Made by a program: the position numbers and the translations under genes
In this document: piece after piece, positions 17,669 through 24,251 of the stretch
Position numbering within the stretch: position 1 is the stretch's first letter
How the letters are laid out: each line of letters starts with the position of its first letter
Notes under the pieces: model-generated
Database searches by the model: none
What the model was told of the DNA's origin: nothing
What the model saw: only the letters and a program-made list of their open reading frames with translations
IMG/VR virus record: IMGVR_UViG_3300011897_000001
Location: 62,001 to 89,668 of that record
Origin: an uncultured virus (IMG/VR IMGVR_UViG_3300011897_000001)
Lineage: Duplodnaviria; Heunggongvirae; Uroviricota; Caudoviricetes
DNA: 27,668 nt
Direction: 5' to 3' (one strand)

Positions 17669-17843
17669 ACCCTCCCTTCATCTCCAAAGCATCCACAAGC
17701 ATAGCTACCCCGAATATATCCAGCTCATGCAGCTTAGAATAGTTGTCAATCATCTTCCGGCAAATCTCGAAATGAGATGGTAAATAGGATGAATCAATGT
17801 AGCGTAAGACTGTTGTTATGTCAAGGTCTAGTTTACTGTTCAT
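17652..17843 (-). CDS. Hypothetical protein
   Basis: Probable ATG 17843 (MNSKLDL). Confidence 0.55.
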   Translation of the reverse strand: MNSKLDLDITTVLRYIDSSYLPSHFEICRKMIDNYSKLHELDIFGVAMLVDALEMKGGYDYDA

Positions 17844-18033
17844 ACACAACGACCCAGCTACCACTCTCAGGATTAAACGCAAACACATTCCGTTCACGCA
17901 ATGTCTCAATCACACAAATGTACTCGCCTGTGAAGGCTGAAGCAAGGCTTCTACCAATGTGAACTGTAGCGTTAGGATCACGCTTTGCGACTCTTACCCG
18001 TAATTCTTTCTCAAATGCTGCGATTGTCTTCAT
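17833..18033 (-). CDS. Hypothetical protein
   Basis: GAGGA RBS, ATGA coupling. Confidence 0.7.
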   Translation of the reverse strand: MKTIAAFEKELRVRVAKRDPNATVHIGRSLASAFTGEYICVIETLRERNVFAFNPESGSWVVVYEQ

Positions 18034-18317
18034 TCTAGGAAATCCTCAGCGTAAATAACCTTGACTTTAGGATTCTCAAGCCAAGCTTCAAGGCTTATTC
18101 CCCGCCGCTCGTATTCAGTTGCTTCTCCTAGGGTTCCGCTTACGCCAACAGAGAAATTTGAACCGCAACATTCGCAGGCAACGTCGTAAGGGCACTCATC
18201 GAAAACCTTTTCAAATACTTCAGCGGCAGTATCTTCGTCTGCTTCGATATAGATGTACTCGTAAGGGGTCTTTTTGCTACCGCCAGAAAACATGTCCATG
18301 AATCGAGTAAAAGCCAT
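18030..18317 (-). CDS. Hypothetical protein with CECCG motif
   Basis: AGGAG RBS; FMDMFSGG...YIEA...CECCG pattern seen in phage early proteins. Confidence 0.8.
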   Translation of the reverse strand: MAFTRFMDMFSGGSKKTPYEYIYIEADEDTAAEVFEKVFDECPYDVACECCGSNFSVGVSGTLGEATEYERRGISLEAWLENPKVKVIYAEDFLE

Positions 18318-18330
18318 TTTCTTTCTCCTA

Positions 18331-18615
18331 TCAATTGAAGGTATACAGTTTACCGTTAACCTTGGCAGAAATCAAGGTGTTCAGATTAACATTTTTGAAG
18401 CTACCACTGCTAACCTCTGCACAAGTGTAGTATTCAGGCTTGTGTGCAACCGTGCTAACTGCTGCATTGGCAGAGCCATGTGCAAAACTCTTCTCCATCC
18501 ACTTCTTAGCAACCATCTCACGCACAGTGCCGTCTTTCTTCATGAAGGTGCAGCTAAACACCTTACCATTAGCGCTGTCAAGAATTTTTCTACGTTCTTC
18601 CCAGGACATGCTCAT
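18331..18615 (-). CDS. Sm-like/WYL_2 (DUF2693)-type small beta-barrel protein
   Basis: GKVFSCTFMKKDGTVREM...SFKNVNL; GAGGTG RBS; first gene of the left arm. Confidence 0.6.
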   Translation of the reverse strand: MSMSWEERRKILDSANGKVFSCTFMKKDGTVREMVAKKWMEKSFAHGSANAAVSTVAHKPEYYTCAEVSSGSFKNVNLNTLISAKVNGKLYTFN

Positions 18616-18654
18616 GACACTCACCTCATCAGGTTGATTTGCTTCAGTAGGATT

Positions 18655-18682
18655 AGATTACCACAGTCTGATGAGGATGCAA
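18655..18682 (-). promoter_or_regulatory. Sigma70-type promoter of the left arm
   Basis: TTGCAT-N16-TAATCT with TGn extension; 9-bp inverted repeat 18624-18632/18668-18676. Confidence 0.65.
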
Positions 18683-18749
18683 GGGGGGAATGTTGATTGA
18701 AAGATTCTATTAGAGATTGGTGAGCGATAGATTATTACTTTTCTTTAGG

Positions 18750-19255
18750 GTGCACAAGATCACCTTCATCTGCTGCCCATAGCTCCGAACCAGAGGGGTT
18801 CATCACAGCTACAAGCTAGACCTTAGTGAGGGTCTATACAGAATCCAGCATACCTAAGCCTGACAGCTAATCAAGCTTCATGTCCTTTCCCATGGAACAT
18901 GTCATCTCCCTAGATTTAACCCTCTAGGGCCATACAACCTACGACTATCGCAGGAAGCACATCAGTCCTTGACATGCTAGAGAAAGCATCGTACCTTCTC
19001 ATTCGGTTGTACAGGTGCCGGGCTCGTTGGGCAGCATCGGAGGTTGCGGCTATTCAGAGCCTCCACTTTGTTTTAAAAGGTCTTGCATCACAGATCAGCA
19101 TCAACTATACTGACCTCAACAAACCAGTTATGGCGGGTTTTGCTTTTGCCTGCTAAGGCTGGGGAAACCGTGGTAAACGCCCATGGAAATAATCCAACAT
19201 CAATTGTACAACGGAAAGCTGTGATCTGCAACCAATAAATTATTGTTTCCGTTGA
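18750..19255. ncRNA. Candidate large structured non-coding element (ncRNA or origin)
   Basis: No credible ORF in an otherwise gene-dense genome; about 10 local hairpins and three perfect 9-bp long-range complementarities. Confidence 0.45.
18969..18997 (+). promoter_or_regulatory. Sigma70-type promoter, probably for the right arm (about 275-nt leader before denV)
   Basis: TTGACA-N17-TACCTT; spacer contains the ATGCT/AGCAT inverted repeat. Confidence 0.55.
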
Positions 19256-19278
19256 TAGTAAATATTGAAGGTATTGAT

Positions 19279-19683
19279 ATGACACGCATAAACATTTTGA
19301 ACCCTGCTGAACTCACAGATCAGCATTTACTGGCAGAGTGCCGGGAACTACCTCGCATGTTTACCTACATCGAGCAGCACGGAGACCCTAAGCGTTCAAT
19401 CCCGCCAGCCTATACCCTCGGTGCAGGCCATATGCTTTTCATGACTAACAAGGCTGAGTACCTGTTTGGTAGGATGCTTGACCTGTTAGCTGAGCATTAC
19501 GACAGGGGCTATCGATTCGATTTTGATTTAGATGGCTGGGAGAAAAGGTTTGACAACCTACCTGCTTGGTGCAAGAATGATTACACAGTCACAGAAGAAG
19601 CCTTGGCAATCAATCGTCAACGCATCGCAGAGCGCATTGCAAGCAAGCCACATTATTATCGCATGAGGGGCCAGCCGCTATGA
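19279..19683 (+). CDS. denV: Pyrimidine dimer DNA glycosylase / endonuclease V
   Basis: MTRIN...ELTDQHLLAECRELPRMF closely matches T4 DenV (Thr2 and Glu23 retained); YTLGAGH.LF; start must be ATG 19279 to give the catalytic Thr2. Confidence 0.93.
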   Translation: MTRINILNPAELTDQHLLAECRELPRMFTYIEQHGDPKRSIPPAYTLGAGHMLFMTNKAEYLFGRMLDLLAEHYDRGYRFDFDLDGWEKRFDNLPAWCKNDYTVTEEALAINRQRIAERIASKPHYYRMRGQPL

Positions 19684-19910
19684 TCCATCCAGAGCATATC
19701 AAACACATGAAAGAAGAATTCGCATTCCGTATCAACCAGGCTAAGCAACCAGAATACTTTGTCATTCGTGAAATGCTACTGTCTGAGTTACGTGGTTACG
19801 TTGGTGCCCTTTGTCATGCTCCTATCCCAGCAGAATTTTATGGTCATATGTGTGATGAGCTTAGGGAACTGCAAAGCTATCTGAAGGCGAAGGAAAATGA
19901 GCAGTCTTGA
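19680..19910 (+). CDS. Hypothetical protein
   Basis: GAGGG RBS, ATGA coupling. Confidence 0.7.
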   Translation: MIHPEHIKHMKEEFAFRINQAKQPEYFVIREMLLSELRGYVGALCHAPIPAEFYGHMCDELRELQSYLKAKENEQS

Positions 19911-20253
19911 GTATTGTATAGAGAAGGCAAAGCAACTGCCTTTCATCAAGGGCCAAAAGAGGTTTTGGTGTGTGATCCTCGATAAGAGGGGCCGTATCAT
20001 AGCTGAGGCTTCTAATAACTATCTCAAGACCTCTGCGGCCCAATACAGGGCCGCTAAACGTGTTGGTCTTGAGGACAAATGCTACCTGCATTCGGAAAGT
20101 CATGCTCTGATAAAAAGCAAAGGTAGGGGTTGCACTCTTATTGTTGCTCGTGTACTATCAGATGGAACTCCAGCAAATGCAAAGCCCTGTTTGGTTTGTG
20201 AAGAGATGATTAAAATTCATGGGAATATTAAAGAGGTTAGATATACCGTATGA
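19897..20253 (+). CDS. Cytidine/deoxycytidylate deaminase-fold protein
   Basis: Zn-deaminase motifs HSE and PCLVC. Confidence 0.82.
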   Translation: MSSLEYCIEKAKQLPFIKGQKRFWCVILDKRGRIIAEASNNYLKTSAAQYRAAKRVGLEDKCYLHSESHALIKSKGRGCTLIVARVLSDGTPANAKPCLVCEEMIKIHGNIKEVRYTV

Positions 20254-20870
20254 GAAAGAAAAACAAACTGGTTTATGGCGTTGGAATTAATGATGCGGAT
20301 TATAAAGTTCAAATTAAAGAAACTGTAGCCTACAGTGAAGAGGGTAAACAGATACAAAAATTGATTTGGATTTGTCCCTTCTATGTTAGATGGAGAAACA
20401 TGCTTAAACGTTGTTATAATGAAAAGAGTTATCATACCTATAAAGGATGTATTACTGTACCAGAATGGCACTATTTCATGACCTTCCGAGCCTGGATGGA
20501 GAAGCAAGACTGGAAAGATAAAGAGCTTGACAAAGATATTCTCTTTCCAGGTAACAAGATTTATGGACCTGAAACTTGTGTTTTTGTAAGTACACAAGTA
20601 AACACTTTTTTCAATGCCTGCGAGCGTAGTCGAGGAATTTATCCTACTGGTGTTACCAAAGATTTGAATAGATGCAGATTCCAAGCTAGGTGCAACAGCG
20701 GTAAAGGCCGAACTTTTCACCTAGGTTACTATGACACACCAGAGGAAGCACATGATACCTGGCTTGCATTTAAACTCGAACAAGCTTATATCCTTGCTGC
20801 CGAACAGACCGACCCACGCGTTGCCAAAGCCCTTATTGATAGGTATGAAAATTATGGAAAACTTGACTGA
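20250..20870 (+). CDS. HNH-like (DKD-type) homing endonuclease, paralog of 8182-8775
   Basis: GVGINDADY, CPFY.RW.NML.RCY, LDKDILFPGN.IY...CVFV...N, HLGYY. Confidence 0.85.
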   Translation: MRKKNKLVYGVGINDADYKVQIKETVAYSEEGKQIQKLIWICPFYVRWRNMLKRCYNEKSYHTYKGCITVPEWHYFMTFRAWMEKQDWKDKELDKDILFPGNKIYGPETCVFVSTQVNTFFNACERSRGIYPTGVTKDLNRCRFQARCNSGKGRTFHLGYYDTPEEAHDTWLAFKLEQAYILAAEQTDPRVAKALIDRYENYGKLD

Positions 20871-21096
20871 CCTCCTCAATTCAATCCCTACAAACTCCTG
20901 CCGAGACCGGGAAGAGGCCAAACGTGATCTATCATCCGCAATTTCTATGAAGTCAGCAGTTGTGATAGACAATTTTATTAACCCTTGGGTCTTGACACCA
21001 GAATCTGACTTAGCTAAGATGCGCTCAGAAGACAAGGCATATCGCCAATTCATTCTAGAGTTTAAGGAGACCTACCATGACAATCGTAAACTTTGA
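20854..21096 (+). CDS. Hypothetical protein
   Basis: Probable ATG 20854 (MENLTDLL) inside the endonuclease 3' end. Confidence 0.6.
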   Translation: MENLTDLLNSIPTNSCRDREEAKRDLSSAISMKSAVVIDNFINPWVLTPESDLAKMRSEDKAYRQFILEFKETYHDNRKL

Positions 21097-21253
21097 ATAC
21101 CTTGGCTACGAAATCGAAGCTGTTGTTGTTGAGGAAGATGGTGAGGTGTACTGCGAATCCTATACTGCTCGATGCTTGACTACAGGTGACATGTTCGAGT
21201 ACATCCCTAAGCTTGATGCTATGATTGCTAAACGCGCTATTGAGGAGGTTTGA
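21077..21253 (+). CDS. Small hypothetical protein (58 aa, not in ORF track)
   Basis: AAGGAG RBS; MTIVNFEYLGYEIEAVVVEEDGEVYCESY... Confidence 0.7.
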   Translation: MTIVNFEYLGYEIEAVVVEEDGEVYCESYTARCLTTGDMFEYIPKLDAMIAKRAIEEV

Positions 21254-21254
21254 T

Positions 21255-21431
21255 ATGGACAAGATTGAAGGCTTATTTGTTGTTGTAATTGAATGGGGTC
21301 CTGATTACTCGGATGTCTACGGACCCTACCGTTATGACGAAGCCGTAGAAAGCTGGGCAATGCACAACAACAATTTGTCAAAAGACCAAACGGTTAAAGT
21401 TAAATTAGCTAAGCTAACCTTCCTGGACTAA
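21255..21431 (+). CDS. Hypothetical protein
   Basis: GAGGAGG RBS, ATG 21255 (MDKIEG). Confidence 0.7.
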   Translation: MDKIEGLFVVVIEWGPDYSDVYGPYRYDEAVESWAMHNNNLSKDQTVKVKLAKLTFLD

Positions 21432-21434
21432 TAA

Positions 21435-21614
21435 ATGAACCACTGGCAAACCCATACCAACCGTGTCAGAAGCGAACTAACATCCGCTGGCTATACGTTG
21501 ACCAAAAATAGTAATGTAGGTCAGTGGGAAATAAAGGATCGTTCAAAAGTGGTATTCACCAGTAAATCCCTTGGTGATGTTATTAAAATTGCTGAAAATA
21601 AACTTGGACTGTAA
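21435..21614 (+). CDS. Small hypothetical protein (59 aa, not in ORF track)
   Basis: MNHWQTHTNRVRSELTSAGY...; fills the gap exactly. Confidence 0.6.
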   Translation: MNHWQTHTNRVRSELTSAGYTLTKNSNVGQWEIKDRSKVVFTSKSLGDVIKIAENKLGL

Positions 21615-21626
21615 AGGAGAGAAGAG

Positions 21627-21977
21627 ATGAGTATGAAAGAAGAAGATTTTGCTAGCTTTCTATGGGCTCTTGAAAATACTTCATTGGCTTGGGCAGCAGA
21701 TGATCTACGAGAACGAGACACCGCTCAGCGAGAGTCCCTGGTAGAAATGAAGGTTGAACGGGATCAGTACCGCGACCTCTATGATGCCAGCATAGGATTT
21801 GCTGATCGATATAAGGAAGAGCGCGACAAACTGCTCGAAACCCAGGTGCAGCTGGCGGAGGCGGTAAAGTTTCTGCGTGCGATAGAGGCCAGTAAGCCGC
21901 TATTCAACCCCAACGGTGTCGTTACGCTAGAAAGCTTGCAAGCTTTCCTCGCCCGCCACGCCGAACAGGACAAATAA
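21627..21977 (+). CDS. Hypothetical coiled-coil protein with GC-rich 3' portion
   Basis: AAGGAG RBS, 116 aa. Confidence 0.75.
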   Translation: MSMKEEDFASFLWALENTSLAWAADDLRERDTAQRESLVEMKVERDQYRDLYDASIGFADRYKEERDKLLETQVQLAEAVKFLRAIEASKPLFNPNGVVTLESLQAFLARHAEQDK

Positions 21978-22079
21978 ATGTAAACCCTATCCATCCTACT
22001 GCCCTTTGCTGCCCTAATAGCTTGCTTCTATCTAGCCTGGACGATGCCTGACGATGAAGACGATAATCAAATTTGGTAG
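21978..22079 (+). pseudogene. Small membrane-protein gene with TAA at codon 2
   Basis: ATG-TAA then open frame TLSILLPFAALIACFYLAWTMPDDEDDNQIW-stop. Confidence 0.5.
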
Positions 22080-22167
22080 CACCATGTACCTCTTGACTTG
22101 CCCACGTTGCCATAAACCTGATGAGGAATGTTCTTGCTGGCCTATTATGAAAGTTATTATCAACTAA
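22054..22167 (+). CDS. Small Cys-rich protein (not in ORF track)
   Basis: MKTIIKFGSTMYLLTCPRCHKPDEECSCWPIMKVIIN; its stop overlaps the MTase RBS; start may be 22084. Confidence 0.45.
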   Translation: MKTIIKFGSTMYLLTCPRCHKPDEECSCWPIMKVIIN

Positions 22168-22177
22168 GGAGATTACT

Positions 22178-23056
22178 TTGAAAGTCTTAAGTCTATTCGA
22201 TGGTATGAGTTGTGGAATGATCGCTCTGGAAAGACTTGGAATTAAAGTCTGTGAATACTATGCTGCTGAAATTGATAAAGCCGCAATCAAAGTAAGCCAA
22301 GCAAACTACCCCAATATTATGCGAATTGGAGATGTGACAAAAGTCTCTTACAAAGATGGTGTTTTGCACACAGAGAATGGCGACTTTAATGTAGATCATT
22401 TCGATTTGCTGTTGGCTGGATCACCATGCCAGTCAATCAGTAATCTAGGAGATGGCTCTGGGTTACAAGGTAAAAGTGGTTTGTTCCATGAATTCTTGCG
22501 GATCAAAAAAGAAGTTAATCCTAGTAATTTCCTGCTAGAAAATGTCTGTGGAAATAAAAAAGCCATTAATATAATTTCTGAACTGGTGGGAGTTGAGCCT
22601 ATCCTCATAAACTCTAATCTAGTTTCAGGTCAAAACAGAAAGCGTCTATATTGGACTGATATAGATGGCGTTCAATTACCGGAGGAGAAAGGGATTACAT
22701 TATCTGATATCTTGGAGCATGGATTGCCTGAGATGAGTATTTTGACTCCAGGTCGTCACCGCTGGGTCCTCTCAGATAAGGCTAAGGGATGCTTTGCTAA
22801 AAACTATGCGGTGCTTGATCCTATCAAAGCCAATTGTTTGACTGCTAGGAGCGATGCAAGCTGGAATAGTAACTACGTGACAAGAGAGGGCCAGATCACT
22901 CGTTTGACGCCGACAGAGTATGAAAGACTGCAAACTGTGCCAGAAGGATACACAGCCATGGCTAGGGCTTCTGAGCGCTACAAAATGCTCGGTAATGGTT
23001 GGACAGTTGATGTGATTGCCCACATTCTAAGCTTTGTAAAGTCCGACGAACGGTAA
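22178..23056 (+). CDS. C5-cytosine DNA methyltransferase (orphan)
   Basis: Motif I LSLFDGMSCG, IV GSPCQ, VI LLENV, VIII QNRKRLYW, IX-X ERLQTVP...LGNGW; TTG start with AAGGAG RBS. Confidence 0.93.
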   Translation: MKVLSLFDGMSCGMIALERLGIKVCEYYAAEIDKAAIKVSQANYPNIMRIGDVTKVSYKDGVLHTENGDFNVDHFDLLLAGSPCQSISNLGDGSGLQGKSGLFHEFLRIKKEVNPSNFLLENVCGNKKAINIISELVGVEPILINSNLVSGQNRKRLYWTDIDGVQLPEEKGITLSDILEHGLPEMSILTPGRHRWVLSDKAKGCFAKNYAVLDPIKANCLTARSDASWNSNYVTREGQITRLTPTEYERLQTVPEGYTAMARASERYKMLGNGWTVDVIAHILSFVKSDER

Positions 23057-23075
23057 AGAATTTACGAAAATGATG

Positions 23076-23104
23076 TTGACAGGGTATCTGATGTGAGGGA
23101 TACT
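23076..23104 (+). promoter_or_regulatory. Sigma70-type early promoter
   Basis: TTGACA-N17-GATACT followed by an A/C-rich leader. Confidence 0.75.
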
Positions 23105-23154
23105 AACCACACAGAGCAAGCAGACAGCGGCTCACAAACGAAGAGATAGAGATC

Positions 23155-23388
23155 ATGAACGTTAAATTCGCAGACATTTCCATCGAAGCGCTGAACTGTG
23201 TAGTCACAATCGCTTGGGTAAATGATCACATTGATTCTTGGGGTGTAGACAAGGTTGTTCAAACCTACGACGATCAAGTTTTCGAGGATGTTGAAGATGC
23301 CAATGATGTTGTAGAATTCTTCATCGGCTGGTCTTTGCTTGAACGTGAAGTCAAAAAGTATTTTGAACTCAATAAGATGGTGGCTTAA
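23155..23388 (+). CDS. Hypothetical acidic protein
   Basis: 77-aa ORF directly after the promoter. Confidence 0.75.
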   Translation: MNVKFADISIEALNCVVTIAWVNDHIDSWGVDKVVQTYDDQVFEDVEDANDVVEFFIGWSLLEREVKKYFELNKMVA

Positions 23389-23389
23389 A

Positions 23390-23587
23390 ATGAATGTTGA
23401 CCAAAAGTATACTCCTAAGTATTGGGTGGGTCATAACAAAGCCAGTGATGATGTCTATCTCTGTACAGCCAATAAAAGTAAATTGGATGAACTTTATGCA
23501 ATGGAAGACATGTTCGGTGAAGATTGGTTTATGGATGAAGATTTTGAAGTGATCCTTGTAGAAATTAAAATGGTGGAAAATAAATGA
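23390..23587 (+). CDS. Hypothetical protein
   Basis: Probable ATG 23390 (MNVDQKY). Confidence 0.7.
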   Translation: MNVDQKYTPKYWVGHNKASDDVYLCTANKSKLDELYAMEDMFGEDWFMDEDFEVILVEIKMVENK

Positions 23588-23685
23588 CATGCAAACAAGC
23601 GTTTACTTGTAGCTTTGAGCTCTACCAACAAGGCATCAAACACAAGATTTTCAAAATCAATGGTAAGTGGAGTGTAACTGTATGA
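23584..23685 (+). CDS. Small hypothetical protein (33 aa)
   Basis: ATGA-coupled on both sides; MTCKQAFTCSFELYQQGIKHKIFKINGKWSVTV. Confidence 0.55.
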   Translation: MTCKQAFTCSFELYQQGIKHKIFKINGKWSVTV

Positions 23686-23813
23686 AGACTGTAAACCCTA
23701 AAGCATTCAAAGACTACGAATACCGTGCTGAAAAGGATGCTATCAAGAAGCAGACAAAGAACATGCGCACTCAACGTCGCAATCGTAAATCCATGTGGAG
23801 TAATGCAGAATGA
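23682..23813 (+). CDS. Small basic protein (43 aa)
   Basis: GGAG RBS, ATGA-coupled; MKTVNPKAFKDYEYRAEKDAIKKQTKNMRTQRRNRKSMWSNAE. Confidence 0.6.
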   Translation: MKTVNPKAFKDYEYRAEKDAIKKQTKNMRTQRRNRKSMWSNAE

Positions 23814-24172
23814 GTTTGGCACTAATTGTTTACCTAATTAATGCTATTCCCAATATCAAAGTAGTTGCTTTTATCTTCTTATTGGTAGGGCTGTTTATAA
23901 CCTTTGTAGTTACCATGACAGGGGTTTTTGATAGCAAATGGGATTCGTTTAAATTGATGTACAAAAAGCTTATTGCTGTAATTTGTGTATGCTTGGCTTG
24001 TATTGTGCTGATCCCCTCAGAGCGGACAATGTACGTGATGCTGGCTGCATACGGTGTGCAACAGGTAGCAACAAATGAGAAGACGCAGCAAATCCTTGGT
24101 AGTGGGGTTGACATTCTCAACCTACAGCTAGAGAAATACAAAGATGAACTGCTGAAAGAAAAGACAAAATAA
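23810..24172 (+). CDS. Membrane protein
   Basis: Multiple hydrophobic helices, IPSERTMY.M motif. Confidence 0.8.
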   Translation: MSLALIVYLINAIPNIKVVAFIFLLVGLFITFVVTMTGVFDSKWDSFKLMYKKLIAVICVCLACIVLIPSERTMYVMLAAYGVQQVATNEKTQQILGSGVDILNLQLEKYKDELLKEKTK

Positions 24173-24175
24173 TTT

Positions 24176-24207
24176 GAGCCCTGGGGTTGACAGCCTCGGG
24201 GCTTTCT
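24176..24207 (+). terminator. Terminator-like hairpin overlapping a promoter
   Basis: GAGCCCTGGGG-TTGACAG-CCTCGGGGCTT then TCT, 3 nt after the stop codon. Confidence 0.6.
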
Positions 24208-24215
24208 CGTATCCT
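24187..24215 (+). promoter_or_regulatory. Sigma70-type early promoter
   Basis: TTGACA-N17-TATCCT followed by an A/C-rich leader. Confidence 0.75.
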
Positions 24216-24251
24216 TAATCCATCGAAACCAAACACACAGTGGTGATTCAA

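Noticed and set aside
18668..18705. Hammerhead-like CTGATGAG...GAAA (also CTGATGAG at about 22119)
   Set aside because: No stem II closing onto GAAA and no stems I/III; better explained by the promoter/RBS inverted repeat and by coding sequence
18836..18855. ACAGAATCCAGCATA resembles the RNase P RNA 3' conserved region
   Set aside because: No upstream GAGGAAAGTCC P4 partner is present
18771..19042. Simultaneous CTCCGA/TCGGAG and TGCTGCCCA/TGGGCAGCA pseudoknot
   Set aside because: Linkers of 0 and 3 nt make both helices sterically unlikely together, and the 6-bp arm competes with the local GGAGG/CCTCC hairpin
18750..19255. tRNA, tmRNA, group I intron or CRISPR array in the central non-coding region
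   Set aside because: No T-loop GTTCRA with an acceptor stem, no recognisable P7 core, no interrupted host gene, and no regularly spaced repeats
18974..19285. ORFs 18974-19156(+) and 19088-19285(-)
   Set aside because: No convincing RBS and atypical composition; one starts inside a promoter and the other overlaps the denV start
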